A stretch of 64,000 bases of DNA from an uncultured Ruminococcus sp. Its GTDB lineage: Bacteria; Bacillota; Clostridia; Oscillospirales; CAG-272. The notes under the pieces are model-generated. The model saw nothing but the letters and a program-made list of their open reading frames with translations, did not search any database and had not been told where the DNA came from. Location: contig CAZABU010000001.1 of assembly GCA_964483225.1 (NCBI GenBank), positions 26,049 to 90,048 of the forward strand, in the 5' to 3' direction. Made by a program: the position numbers and the translations under genes. Below are positions 38,001-48,200 of this stretch, one piece after another; within the stretch, counting starts at the first letter, position 1; the number at the start of each line of letters is the position of its first letter.

Positions 38001-39676
38001 GTGAAGAGCTCGGCGGTCTTCTCCCTTGCCTCTCTGATGAGGGGCAGGAGCTTACCGTTCTCGGTGAGTGCGAGCTCGCTGTCCGGGATCTCGCCGGAGA
38101 AGGAATACCAGGGGCAGAGAAGCATCGCGTGGTAGGGATGGTCATCGCCGCCGGTCAGGCTCTTGAACTGTGCGCCCGCATCGGCAACCGCACCCTTGAA
38201 GATGTTGAACTGCTCACGGGTGAAGCTTCTTGCCATCACAGGATTGATGAACTCTACGGTTTCGATGTTCTCGTTCTTGAGCAGAGTTTCCAGCGCCTCA
38301 TAATAAGTGCAGCCTATGAGGCTGATGCGCTCCTGATTAAAGGTCTCCTCAAAGTAGCCGGCAAGGGTACGCAGAGCGATAGAGCGTCTGTCCTGCTCGT
38401 GCTTTAAGTCATCGTAGAAGGCCTGGGTGAGTCTAGGCTCCTCCTTGCAAACGCGGAGCAGGGAGGCAAAGTTGCGCTTTACGGTAGCGGGGCTGAGGTT
38501 AGCTGCCTGTGCCTCGGTCTCACAGTCCAGAAGCATAACGAAATCGCGCAGCTCGTCGGGGAGCTTCTTATAAACCTCGGAGAGGGCGGCGAGCTTCTTG
38601 GAAACGAGCATGACCTTCTTTCCGTCGGCGAGGAGAGAGGAGATCATATTCACGATAGTCAGGGTCTTTCCCGTTCCGGGAGGGCCCTTTATTACCAGGG
38701 ATTCGCCGGAGAGCACGCGCTTTATCATTCTCTCCTGGCTGGAGTCGTATTCCTTTATGAATGCGGGAATACGCGCGTCAAGCTCGGTCTTGGGAATAGA
38801 GCTTCCGTCCGCGCTGACGGTGAAGAGCCTTTGCACCAGGGGATGAGCGTAGATCTTCTCCTTGTTACGGAGAATATCGTAGTACATGCAGATCTCGTCG
38901 TGATGATACTTCGAGATGGCTACGGTATTTCTGCTGAACTCAAAAACGGTGTCGCTTGTGCCGCGGCATTTGTTGATATAAAGCTCGACTGCGGTGAAGT
39001 ATTCCTCGCCGGTGCCGAGAGCCTCGAGGCTTATGGGGGCGGTAAGATCGGTGGTGCTGCCCGAGGGAGAGGGGAAGCCCTTTACGATCTCATCACCGTA
39101 AACCTGGCGCAGCTTTGCGATAAAGCAGGGGTTTATGTAGATCTCGTCATCGATAAACTCGATGTTTATGGGTCTGGTGGTTACCGAGCGTATAAGTCGG
39201 ATGGGGAAGATGATAAGAGGAGTCTCAACCTCCTTGACCTGGGGAGTTGCCGCCGAGGCAGAGGTTGCAAGGCGCCAGGATACCGCACCGATGCTGAGGA
39301 ACAGAGGATTGTTACCCTTGAGCTCCAGCTCCTTGTTGATATCCTTGATGAAGTTATCGAGGGACTTGGGCTCGCGCTCGCCGTCCTTGTCAGACCAGTC
39401 GAGGGCGTTTCCGCGGCCGATCATCTGCTCTGCGGCGAGAGCACTTCCGCGCAGAACCGTGTTTCCGAGCTTACCGATACGCGCGTGAATGATCTTGAGG
39501 ATATCACGCGAGTTGTTTCCTCTGTCGTCGGCGTAAAGGTAGTAGGCCTTATCCTTACCGGCAGACAGATCCAGCAGCTTATTGGAATTGACGTTGTCAA
39601 TGTGAAGCAGGTCATTTATGAAGGTATCGATATTCTGCTTCATGGTGCTGAGTTCAATGCTGTTTTCCATATTCAA
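35075..39676 (-). CDS. Upf1/DNA2-like SF1 helicase with a long N-terminal DUF4011-like region and a C-terminal restriction-endonuclease-fold-like module, 1533 aa
   Basis: Evidence: Walker A IKGPPGTGKT, Walker B VVIVDEASQL, VFVGDEYQMPP (motif III) and FNVAVTRARAS (motif VI). The C-terminal ~110 aa (GSVKIPIAVLSPDGSEARLGIFCE...YNILKSRGWNMHRVYIHDW) resemble the nuclease-like end of DUF4011/DUF3320 helicases. Confidence 0.75.
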   Translation of the reverse strand: MNMENSIELSTMKQNIDTFINDLLHIDNVNSNKLLDLSAGKDKAYYLYADDRGNNSRDILKIIHARIGKLGNTVLRGSALAAEQMIGRGNALDWSDKDGEREPKSLDNFIKDINKELELKGNNPLFLSIGAVSWRLATSASAATPQVKEVETPLIIFPIRLIRSVTTRPINIEFIDDEIYINPCFIAKLRQVYGDEIVKGFPSPSGSTTDLTAPISLEALGTGEEYFTAVELYINKCRGTSDTVFEFSRNTVAISKYHHDEICMYYDILRNKEKIYAHPLVQRLFTVSADGSSIPKTELDARIPAFIKEYDSSQERMIKRVLSGESLVIKGPPGTGKTLTIVNMISSLLADGKKVMLVSKKLAALSEVYKKLPDELRDFVMLLDCETEAQAANLSPATVKRNFASLLRVCKEEPRLTQAFYDDLKHEQDRRSIALRTLAGYFEETFNQERISLIGCTYYEALETLLKNENIETVEFINPVMARSFTREQFNIFKGAVADAGAQFKSLTGGDDHPYHAMLLCPWYSFSGEIPDSELALTENGKLLPLIREAREKTAELFTPVEAFRLSHISKLISSGATSDDVYTIAEKSDVKISRVRECAAKLVGTSLDIFEKVSLLPAADVITDTAALRALVLDKSITLAELETLYLEREALSGLSADGEKSARTIIADMDAIYAEKLQHTENMRRVFRDGLTDEDLAKIDKAYSALDSYVGTGATAPKLIDFLAKKAYANLCTFSYLSNPGFAEIVEGASERHEAVECDERLRAKSDELCRIFRTSLTERQLNAIALLIHKTAALGTSTSAYAYMKAVGCEYESIMAVSKKTTATPKTTLGMMEEAFALAEKFSALRAAIAFYEAADDTLPGIQTTGVSHNKDEYERLVGTAERIIAVKDFLTHGSMKFRPIDELAVLIPDICRRGAAAKEKIEALLAGFRAFGKNIFPNYYSDLQDNIIFSDLDIFEAEGINRNVLAAAEKYLEIRGADGDHPITRFFRPFEYSERQTDGYTFEEIFEHSIFDLAIRATLAVMPLRNGRGKTVSDAMVQYADGDSRLCDLNVKQIRDACVRRIDPADGDFAFLNAENDTVNNLRKIFKLYATAILKLKKCFLLSPSTVSVLFGNAAFSDFDVVIVDEASQLEPTTILPILFRTRQCVFVGDEYQMPPISHFTARTEHAVSAAGDEQILLPPETSLLSLATQSNHFDVEKLQCHFRSKTESLIAFSQERFYPFMRTFPSAVPKAPGLGFKDIYVPNAESAGGKNDREARAVITELYDHFDRYYNKDTGVLSESVGVVAFGEAQVELIKKYVKGDPELKGMIDTAISNFEDLPEKLIFFKTVETVQGQEIDHLILSLTYAGGSNFGDLSRKSIGGCVFNVAVTRARASVTMIHSLLPMDTTNETVRDYLEISERFSKDGRMQFISSGEATGFIKSVVRFLTDEVGIEEDRIVVNCGATEGSVKIPIAVLSPDGSEARLGIFCETPHSAETFIDSNVRYYNILKSRGWNMHRVYIHDWIDNAQNEKKSLIEAIGKYVNTPLIR

Positions 39677-39690
39677 ATTCCTTCTATATA

Positions 39691-41685
39691 TTAAATAAAA
39701 TCAATATCTTTCCAGTAGTTTTCTACGTTGCGTGTGCAGTCCAGCGCAAAGGCCTTTGCATCGCATTCAACAATCTCTACGCGGTAGGTGACGCTACTTG
39801 TGTCGCCAACATAAACCTTGAAATTATCGTCCCATTGAGCGATACGGCCCTGGGTCACGCCGAGCTCGGTGAAATACCAATCGGCGAAGGGGGAGTTTGC
39901 TGCGGTGTGCTGGAAGGAGTGGAAGCACTCGTGGCAGATTGCATCCTCCATCCAGGAATAGTTTTGTGCGCAGTCCTGTCGATAAACTATGCGTTTTCCG
40001 CCGTCTATACACAAACCGCCGGCTCCCTTTGTTGTCCATTTATCTTCGGGGATTATCTCAACCTCCGGAGCGTATGAGGTGTCGAGGATCTTTGCGATCA
40101 TTTTCGTAGCGGTAGTGGCGCGTTTACTCTGCTCCTCGGCAGAGAATTTGGGCCAGGCCGAAACGTCGTTACCGCTGAGCAGACAGTATTTTACGATAAG
40201 GCCGCACCTGTCAAAGACGGAGATGCCGCTCTTTTCCATAATAAGTCGGATATTTTCCTTATCAAGGCCGTGCAGGTCGTCGTAGTCGAAGTGCTTTTTC
40301 TCGCCCTTGACGAATCTGACGTGACCTGCAAAGTTGCCCCAGCCCTCGTCAATAAGCTGACGCGGAGCAAACAGAGTGTTGAGGTATCTTAGGGCCTCGT
40401 CCATGTTTTCCTCAGAGCGGAGCTTTGCCAGATCAAACCAGGGGGAGGAGGGGTCGGAGCTCAGGATCGTGTTAAGTCCAACAAAGCCCATGAAGGGAAG
40501 GGCGGAACGGACTCGCGAGGAATCGCTTTCGCTGGTCGTTATATATCCGCGCTCGGAGAGGATCCTGGTCACAGCGTTGAAGCTGGGCATTGTAAGGAAG
40601 GCGTGGTAGACGTCGGTGGTGGAAAGCTCGCTGTCGGCAGCTGCCAGCTTATCCATGCTCTCATAGAGAGCTCTGCCGCCTACGTTGTTGACTATAAGAA
40701 CATGTGTGCCGTTATGAGCCGCGCGAAGGAAGGCGAGCTTGACGTCGTCAACGAATTCTCCGCTGAGCTTATCTATTCCAACGACGATAAAGGCCATATC
40801 CTCGGCTCTCGCCTGCTGCATCAGAGCATCCAGAGTGACGCCTCTGTTCTTGCATTCGGTCAGCTTTTCGGCGTAAAGTATGTGCAGGGGATGATTTATA
40901 TAACCGGAGTAGACGCCCGCATAAAGCATCGCCTCGTCCACGAAGGGGGAGGAGATGACGATGGCTCTCGCCGTTACCTTGGAGCGGTCTACGGGATTTT
41001 CATAGTATTCGGCGGTGGTTTTGAAGCCAGAGGAGCTGAGTGGCTTGACACAATCGGCGAGTAGCTTTGCCGCCGCTTCGGACTGGTTAGCCGTAAGCTG
41101 CTCGGAAAACCACGCGTCCTCCTCCACAAGATCCTGGACTACCTTTGCCGCCAGGTCGGGAATTACGACGCCCTCCGGGAATACGGTTACTGTTTCCAGC
41201 TCGCGAGCAGCCTTGAGGGACTTCTTGATAGTTTCTGCCGCCTCGACGATTAGGGCGGTGTTGTCGGTTGCGATCTGGCCGGATCCGTCGCGCACTCGGT
41301 TTATGGCGGCAACGGTCTCCCGCATAATATCGTGAACCTCGTCTACCAGATCTCTTGCGTTGGCGAGGATCTTCGTCGTGTTAGTATATTCTTTGTCACA
41401 GGAGATATCCAGCGATTGCGCAACGAACTCGGTTATCTCGTTCTTGGCATCGTCGGTATAGCCTACGAAGTATCTAAGCAACAGCTCCTTTACGTGCAGA
41501 CGCATGGAAAGCGACTCGTATATGCCGTACTCCTCCTCGATCTCGGGCTTTACTTTAAGGAAGCGCTTTATGACGGGGGAATCAAGATATAAGACTCTGA
41601 TATCGTTGTAGGCCTTTGCCAGCTGGTCGATATCCGTGGACGTCTTGTATACTATATTTATCGTATCCTTTAATTGCATTGCCAT
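39691..41685 (-). CDS. 664-aa protein: helical N-terminus, degenerate (Walker A-less) P-loop/AAA-like core, and a C-terminal HExxHxxxH zincin-like motif
   Basis: AGGAGA SD 6 nt before the ATG. The central RAIVISSPFVDE...MAFIVVGIDKL region looks like an AAA core with no GxxGxGK[ST]. The motif ICHECFHSFQH lies at 39907..39933. Confidence 0.55.
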   Translation of the reverse strand: MAMQLKDTINIVYKTSTDIDQLAKAYNDIRVLYLDSPVIKRFLKVKPEIEEEYGIYESLSMRLHVKELLLRYFVGYTDDAKNEITEFVAQSLDISCDKEYTNTTKILANARDLVDEVHDIMRETVAAINRVRDGSGQIATDNTALIVEAAETIKKSLKAARELETVTVFPEGVVIPDLAAKVVQDLVEEDAWFSEQLTANQSEAAAKLLADCVKPLSSSGFKTTAEYYENPVDRSKVTARAIVISSPFVDEAMLYAGVYSGYINHPLHILYAEKLTECKNRGVTLDALMQQARAEDMAFIVVGIDKLSGEFVDDVKLAFLRAAHNGTHVLIVNNVGGRALYESMDKLAAADSELSTTDVYHAFLTMPSFNAVTRILSERGYITTSESDSSRVRSALPFMGFVGLNTILSSDPSSPWFDLAKLRSEENMDEALRYLNTLFAPRQLIDEGWGNFAGHVRFVKGEKKHFDYDDLHGLDKENIRLIMEKSGISVFDRCGLIVKYCLLSGNDVSAWPKFSAEEQSKRATTATKMIAKILDTSYAPEVEIIPEDKWTTKGAGGLCIDGGKRIVYRQDCAQNYSWMEDAICHECFHSFQHTAANSPFADWYFTELGVTQGRIAQWDDNFKVYVGDTSSVTYRVEIVECDAKAFALDCTRNVENYWKDIDFI

Positions 41686-41762
41686 GATAGGTCTCCTGTG
41701 AATAATTTGCTGTGTTATTATAGGAACTGAAAAATTCAGTTATATTAAGGTGGTGGAGATTG

Positions 41763-42495
41763 CGATTACAGATCCTCCGGATCGGATTTTTCTTGCGCAG
41801 TTCGCGCATCATCCGGTTGAGTTCATCATTACTCTGGTTGATTATACTTATGATCTCGTCAATTTCAGACGGATTTACGATCTCGTTGATATCTTTAGCA
41901 TTTTCTGCGCCTTGAAGGAAGTCGAACAAAGCGGGGAAGTCAACGCATTTTGACAATGAAACAAATACGTCGGGATTGTCTTTGAATCTAATAATTTGTA
42001 AATGACCTCTGTCAGACTTTTCTTGATTATTACATCGATTTCGGAGGAGCTTTGTATAAGAGTCAGCGCGTTTTCGCAATTTTCGATAGCAGAGTCTGAC
42101 TCGGCGTAATTTTTCATTCGTGATCCGATGTGATCTACGTGGAAATAATCGGTTTCTTTTGCTTTTTTCTCAAAAAGCTTTTTGCGCTTGGAAGCCCACA
42201 TCTCCGCCCCTCTTACGGCTTTGTCAAGATTTTTAATAGCCAAATCGGAATAATTACCGTATGCAAAATGACATTCCTAGGTATTTATATGCGTGAACAT
42301 CTGGTGCTGGATCTTTGCCGCGGTGGCGGAATCAACATCGGTAACAGTGCTGACGAGCTCCTCGATCTTATCCAGCAGAAACATGGAATAGTCTATGGAT
42401 GCAAACGCGTCGGCGGTGGGTTCGTTATACTTGATCCGGATAAGGGCGGTTTTGTATATTTTCAGAATGTCAAGAGAGGTTTGCCTTAGGTCCAT
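41763..42495 (-). pseudogene. Decayed, N-terminally shorter paralog of the 513-aa helical gene (in-frame TAG plus at least one frameshift), in a low-GC patch
   Basis: ORF fragments 42495..42277 and 42243..41875 share one frame and are separated by TAG at 42279..42277. That TAG aligns with Trp200 of the upstream gene (IIAWAEDFANGNYS vs INT*ECHFAYGNYS). Homology then continues in another frame (LQIIRFKDNPDVFVSLSKCVDFPALFDFL vs LLQYKSTPELINLAAKYINFDALTGFL). The start aligns with Met128 of the parent. Confidence 0.65.
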
Positions 42496-42519
42496 TTGTA
42501 GTGCACCTTTGCGATATTT

Positions 42520-42543
42520 CCGAGGCGGCGTGTGCCGCCTCGG
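42520..42543 (-). other. GC-rich 10-bp intra-operon stem-loop with no U-tract
   Basis: CCGAGGCGGC (42520..42529) / GCCGCCTCGG (42534..42543) with a 4-nt loop. It lies in the 61-nt gap between the 513-aa gene and its decayed paralog. Confidence 0.5.
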
Positions 42544-42556
42544 TATCGGTTAAAAA

Positions 42557-44098
42557 TCAGTTCTCAAGTCCGGTGAGATTGAGGGAGGAGGTGTTCTGCT
42601 GCTGCTCTGCATACTGAGAGTCTGCGTGAACTACGTTGTCGGGAGCTGCAGCTGCACCGCCTGCCATAGCGGCAAGCTTTCTGAGCTTTTCCTCGCGGCT
42701 CTCCTGAACCATAGGATCGTTTCCGCGGCGCTGCTGTCTCTGCTGACGGCGCTCTTCTCTTTCCTCGCGACGGATCTTTCTGTCTTCGTCGAGCTTCGCC
42801 TTGTGATCGTCCGTAACCTTTCTGATGTTGTCGGTGATCATCTTGTCGATCTGCTTGATGTCCATGATCTTTTCAAGGGCGGTGTTATTGGTGCTCGAAA
42901 GGAAGCCTGTAAGAGCATCAAAGTTGATATACTTTGCCGCGAGATTGATAAGCTCGGGAGTGCTCTTATACTGAAGGAGCTTCTTGAAGGTCTTGGAGAT
43001 ATCGTCAAGGGTGGTCTTACGGCCGGTACGGAGCTGCATGCTGTCTGCAATATCCGCGCTGAGGTCGAGGTTCGCCTCTCTGAGCTCCTCAATAGTCTCG
43101 CCGAGGGTCTCTGCCTCCTCAAGGGCGTCGTCTACGTCGATCTGGCCGGTCTGGGCAAGATAAGTAAGCTCGGTCTGACGAGCCTGAAGCTGCTCGATCT
43201 CCTTGGTATTTTCCGACTTCTGTCTTTCTGCCTCGGTGGTGTCGGTCATAGCGTTGAGGTTGGTGTACGCGGTATCAATAAGGTTGATAGCGTTTTCGAT
43301 CTTCTCAACGGCGCTGTCGGAGTTGGCGTAATTCACCATTCTTTGGTGGATCTTATCCTCGTGAACGTAGTCGGTCTCTGCGGCCTCCTTTGCTCTGAGG
43401 TTGAGAGGAACCTTTGCCCAGGTCTTTGCCGCGGTGACGGCTTTGTCGAGCTGGTTTACGCGATCGGTGCTGTAGTTACCGTTAGCAAAATCCTCTGCCC
43501 ATGCGATAATGGGAGCGAACATATTGGACTGAGTCTTTGCCGCAACCTTGGAGGTCACGTCAACAACGGAAGCAACGTGGGTCTCGATCTCGTTGAGCTT
43601 TGCCATAGAGCTGTCGATGAGCTCCAGCTGTCTCTGGTCGTTGACGGTGCTTCTGATTTTGGTAAGAGCCGTCTTGTAGGTAGCGAGCATATCGAGAGAG
43701 GTCTGTCTGATATTCATTCTTGTTACTCCTTCCGGATTATTAATGATTTCGGTTTCGATTTCGTGGATCCTGCCGTCCAGAGCGGTGAGCTTCTTGCCCA
43801 CGGCATCGTAGTTTTTCGTCCTTATGTTGTCTGCAGAGACGTTCGCCTTTGCAAACTTCACGATATGCTTGATGCCCTTGTCGACGATTATAGCGAATTC
43901 ACGGTTGGTCGTGTAGTCAAGGCTGTTTGCCAGCTCGTGCCAGCCCTCGACCTGGCCAAGTAACTGATCTACCAGGCCGGGGAACTGGGGGTCACGGTGA
44001 GGCTTTGCCATGACGGTGGTCAGCGCCTTTGCCGTTCTGTTATTGATGACTCCGATCTCGGAAAGACGTCCGGCAAGGACGTTTACGTTGGTGCTCAT
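42557..44098 (-). CDS. Long helical/coiled-coil protein with a Gln/Arg-rich region and a C-terminal SSLNLTGLEN tail, 513 aa
   Basis: Almost entirely helix-forming sequence with heptad-like stretches (EIEQLQARQTELTYLAQ, ETLGETIEELREANLDLSADIA). RREEREERRQQRQQRR is followed by an Ala/Gly/Gln linker. The terminal L-N-L-T-G echoes the L-D-L-S-G end of the 238-aa protein. Its ATG lies 5 nt after the upstream stop. Confidence 0.6.
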   Translation of the reverse strand: MSTNVNVLAGRLSEIGVINNRTAKALTTVMAKPHRDPQFPGLVDQLLGQVEGWHELANSLDYTTNREFAIIVDKGIKHIVKFAKANVSADNIRTKNYDAVGKKLTALDGRIHEIETEIINNPEGVTRMNIRQTSLDMLATYKTALTKIRSTVNDQRQLELIDSSMAKLNEIETHVASVVDVTSKVAAKTQSNMFAPIIAWAEDFANGNYSTDRVNQLDKAVTAAKTWAKVPLNLRAKEAAETDYVHEDKIHQRMVNYANSDSAVEKIENAINLIDTAYTNLNAMTDTTEAERQKSENTKEIEQLQARQTELTYLAQTGQIDVDDALEEAETLGETIEELREANLDLSADIADSMQLRTGRKTTLDDISKTFKKLLQYKSTPELINLAAKYINFDALTGFLSSTNNTALEKIMDIKQIDKMITDNIRKVTDDHKAKLDEDRKIRREEREERRQQRQQRRGNDPMVQESREEKLRKLAAMAGGAAAAPDNVVHADSQYAEQQQNTSSLNLTGLEN

Positions 44099-44103
44099 TT
44101 AGA

Positions 44104-45228
44104 TTATGCCTCCTGATTTCCTGCAATTTCGGTTACGATACGGTCGGGGCGGCCGTTCTTCATAAAGACGTCGTCGTCGTAGAATATGTAAGAACGTCCG
44201 GGGGTCGCCGCGATAAGTCTGTCAAGCTGGTCGTTGTTCATATGTTTCTGAACCTTCGCCTTGTTGCCGCCCGATGAATAGAAGCGGTGCTTGCCGGCTT
44301 TGTTGAAGAAGTATACGCAGACGGATTCGTCAGCCTTTTCACAGGCCTTGGAGATACCCGCCTTGATGGCATCGGCAGTAACGCATACCACGTGGTAGGG
44401 GCTCGTTCCGCCGAAGGAGTTACGAAGGTCGTACTTGTCGTCCTTGTTCAGCGGGATGAACATAAGGTCAACCTTTCTGCTGTTTACCGCGGGGATCTTG
44501 GAGATCTCGTTGGCAAGACGCTCAAGCTGCTCCTTCTTGACTCTGACAATACCAAAGAGGGGGGCGCGACGTCTTGACGCCGCCTCTCCAAGGATGGAGA
44601 TCAGCTCTGCGCCGCCGCTCTTTCCTCCCTCGGAGCGAAGCTCCTTGGCCTGCTCCGTTGTGAGGAAGCCGTGCTCGATTAGAGCATCGGTGTAGTATTT
44701 TCTGTCGTTATCGGGCATGCTACGGAGCATAACCGTGAGATCGTTTGCCGCTCTCTTTTTGAGGGCGTAGGTCTCGGCCTCGCCGTGGGAGGAGCCGTAA
44801 CCGAGGAACTGACGCTCGGGAGAGGAGAAGATCGTCAGATACATATTCGCCGCTATACGGCAGCGCATGGTCTCGGTCTTATCCTTCTCCACGTAGTCCT
44901 TGTCGTAGAAGAACGCCATTCTCCACATGGCCTCAGGGTGGCCAAGCTTCATCGCCTCCTGGCAGTACTGGACCGCCTTCTTCACCATTTCCTCGCCGGT
45001 GAGAGTGCATCTGTCCATAAGCAGGGTGGCGGGAAGGCGCGCAGCCTTACATATAGAATAATTGTAGTAAAGCTCGGCAAGAGAGAAGAGTTCTCTGGCT
45101 CTGGGGTTCGTCGCCTGGAGCTTGGCGGGATATTTGTTCAAGCTGCTTCTGCACTTGGGACACGCCATATCGCCGTTATAAAGCTCAAGCGGCTCTCTTA
45201 CTTCAATGTGACACTTAGTACATTCCAT
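44104..45228 (-). CDS. Zinc-ribbon + Sel1/TPR-like repeat protein with an uncharacterised C-terminal alpha/beta domain, 374 aa
   Basis: N-terminal CxxC-x16-CxxC (CTKCHIEVREPLELYNGDMACPKC). Sel1-like segment AMKLGHPEAMWRMAFFYDKDY. I recognise no catalytic motif. Confidence 0.55.
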   Translation of the reverse strand: MECTKCHIEVREPLELYNGDMACPKCRSSLNKYPAKLQATNPRARELFSLAELYYNYSICKAARLPATLLMDRCTLTGEEMVKKAVQYCQEAMKLGHPEAMWRMAFFYDKDYVEKDKTETMRCRIAANMYLTIFSSPERQFLGYGSSHGEAETYALKKRAANDLTVMLRSMPDNDRKYYTDALIEHGFLTTEQAKELRSEGGKSGGAELISILGEAASRRRAPLFGIVRVKKEQLERLANEISKIPAVNSRKVDLMFIPLNKDDKYDLRNSFGGTSPYHVVCVTADAIKAGISKACEKADESVCVYFFNKAGKHRFYSSGGNKAKVQKHMNNDQLDRLIAATPGRSYIFYDDDVFMKNGRPDRIVTEIAGNQEA

Positions 45229-45250
45229 TTTTCAAAACTCTCCTTTCTTA

Positions 45251-48200
45251 TTAATTGACTTCATCTTCGTAGATGGTGAACAGTTTGTAGTAACCGGAGG
45301 GGAAATCGTAGTTATCTGCATAAGCTCCCTTGAGATTAGCCTCAGTTTTGTAGGTGCCTACGTTAGGGGGGCACACAATTTCAGAGGGTGAACCGGTTGC
45401 GACTGTTACCCATTCTGTTCCGTTCTGTCTGTAAATGGTAAGAGTGATCACGTCATTTACGTTACCGACGGAGGTGCTGGTGCCTTCCTTGCGAATCTTG
45501 GTTATTATGGGGCACATCTGATTTCCGTCGGGGTTGGATTCGAAGCTCAGGTCAACGCCGGAGGATACGTTCCAATCCGCGACAACTCTCTGCTTTGTAA
45601 TGGTGTAGGTCTTTGTAGCGCCGGAGGTGATAGTGTAGTCATCCTTGTTTTCGCCATCAAGAACGAGTGCGAAGGTATAATCTCCTGCGTTTATAGCCTT
45701 GCCGTCGGTGGCATTGCCGCTGGTAATGGCAACAGAATAGGTAGTTCCGTCGCCTGAAACAAGACCGGTTACACGAGCGGTAGGATTCTTAGAGGTGCCA
45801 TCGTAGATAAGGCTTGAGGGAACAGTCCAGGATACGGTAAGAGTTTTCTGATGGATCTTGAAGACTGCGGTGTTGCTGCCGTAGAGAGCGTAGTTGTCTT
45901 TTGCTGTGCCTTCAAGAGTTGCGGTAGCAGTGTAGGTTCCTGCGTGGCGTTTGCCCTCAGTGCTTCCATCTATCGTGACGGTGAAGTAAATATCATCGCC
46001 GTCAACCTTGCCACTTGCGGTAGCAGAGGGCTTGCGATAGGTTGCATCGAATGTGACGGATGTGTCGCTCCAGGATGCGGAAACCTTCTTTTTGCCGATC
46101 TCGAAGTCCTGGGTGTTAGAGCCGGAGATCACATAGTTGGAAGCCGCATTGCCTGCGAGAGAGGCAGTGGCGGTGTAGTTATCAGCGTTGATCACACCTT
46201 GTGCGTTGCCGTCTACGGTTACTGCAAAATAAACATCATCACCGGTTACCTTTCCGTTTATGGCGGCGGAGGGCTTCTGGTAATCTCCGTTGTATGTGAG
46301 CGAGGTGTTGGACCACTCCATAGTAACGGACTTCTGTGTAATGGTGAAGGCCGTAGTGGTAGCACCGGTTACATTGTAGTTCGAAACGTTGTTTCCAGTG
46401 AACTCAAGCTTGAACTCGTATGCGCCGGCATTGATTGCCTTGCCGTTCGTAGCATTGCCCGAGGTAATGGTAAGATTGTAGGACGTACCGTCGTTGATAA
46501 GGCCGGACACACCGATTTCAGGTGCCTTGGAGTTTCCGTTATACGTGAGGTCGGTGGGGTTAGTCAGGGTGACCGTAATGTTCTTGGCCGTTATGTAGGG
46601 CTTGTCATCGAACGTCTTGGTTTTTGCACCGCCCTCGAACACATAGTTTCCGCTTCCGATAGTAACGGTTATACTTCTGTCGTTAACGTTGGTCTGCAGA
46701 TTGGAGAAGGACAGGTTGAGGGTGCTGTAGTTATCGCTGCCCTGAATACCGCTTGCATCGGAGACTGTAGGAGTCTGAGCATATCCGTTATAGGTCTTTG
46801 TGTTAAGCGTAATGTTGGTAATGACCGCGGGTGTAATGGTAACGGTACAATATTCGATAGAAGAATCTATCTGATAGTTGCTGTTGGTGATAGTGATCTT
46901 GTATCTGTGGTCGCCGGCAGACTTTCCGGTTCCGTTAACCAGTACTACACTATCGCCCAGGCTATCGCCGTCGATCATGTTGGAGAGGACGATGGTGGGA
47001 GCGTCTATCGTATAGGAGGTGTAAGTTCTGGCGTCCGCATTCTGCCAAGTGCCGCTGAGCGTTCTCTTGGCGACATTGATGGTACGGGTTGTGCTGCCGC
47101 TGTCGAGAACATAGTTGTCGTTACCGGAGATGCTTGCGGTGTAGGTGTAGGAGCCATAATTCTTTGCTTCGGGCTTGGTAAAGTTAATTTCTACAGAAGA
47201 AAGATCCTTATCAAGGATGCCGCTGCTGTGGTTGCAAGTAACATTGAAGGTCTTGTCGTTTCCGTCATAGATGAGAGCGTTGTCGGAGGGCAGAGTCCAC
47301 TCGAGATATACGGTCTTCTTCTCAATGTTGAAGTCCGTGGTTTCGGTGTTGTCAATCACATAGTTTGCACTGAAGCTAACCGGAAGAGCGGCCTTCGCAG
47401 TATATGTTCCGTAGTTGCCTGCGTAACCTCTGTCTACTGCGGAAATGTCAAGAGCGTCGCTGTTAAGAGCGGTGTCGTACACGGTAGAGGTGATTCTGGG
47501 GGTGGGGAGCTGGGGGTTACCGTTATAGGTGAGGGTGGTGTAATCCCACGCCAGCACAACGGTCCTCTTAGGGATGTTATAGCCCTTTTCCAGATACTCT
47601 GTGTCAATAACGTAGTTGCCTGCCGCGGCACCGGAGAGGACAGCTCTTGCGGTGTAATCACCGGCATTAACGGCAGAGATGATCTCTTCGCCGCTGACGG
47701 CGTTACAGCTTACAGATACAACGTCGCCGGAGATGATTGCACCGGACACAAAGGAAACGTCGGGCCTCTGCGCCGCGTTCTTATACTGGGTGATTTTGGT
47801 GGTGTCCCACTTCAGAGATACGGGCTTGGGAGAGATGTCGTATTCATCGGAGGTAGTTCCGGAGAGTGTATAGTTACCGGCGTAATCGCCGCTCAGCGAA
47901 GCAGTTGCGGTGTAACCGGTACCTGCGTTGGTGTATCCTACGATAACGAGAGCAAGTTTGCTTGCGTCTACGTCGTTGCTATATACGTTGTTGTCAACGC
48001 CGGCTCTGGGATACTGCATCTTTTTGTTGTAGGTGAAGGTCTCGCCGGTGGTCCAGATCACGCCGATCTCAAGCTTCTGAATCTTGAAGTTGGTAAAGCT
48101 TGCGGTCTGCTTATCCGAGGTGATGCTGTAGCTGGGAGTGTCGGTGCTGTCTGCAACGAGCATATAGTTGGTGTTCTTGATGGAAACCTTGATGGCGCTG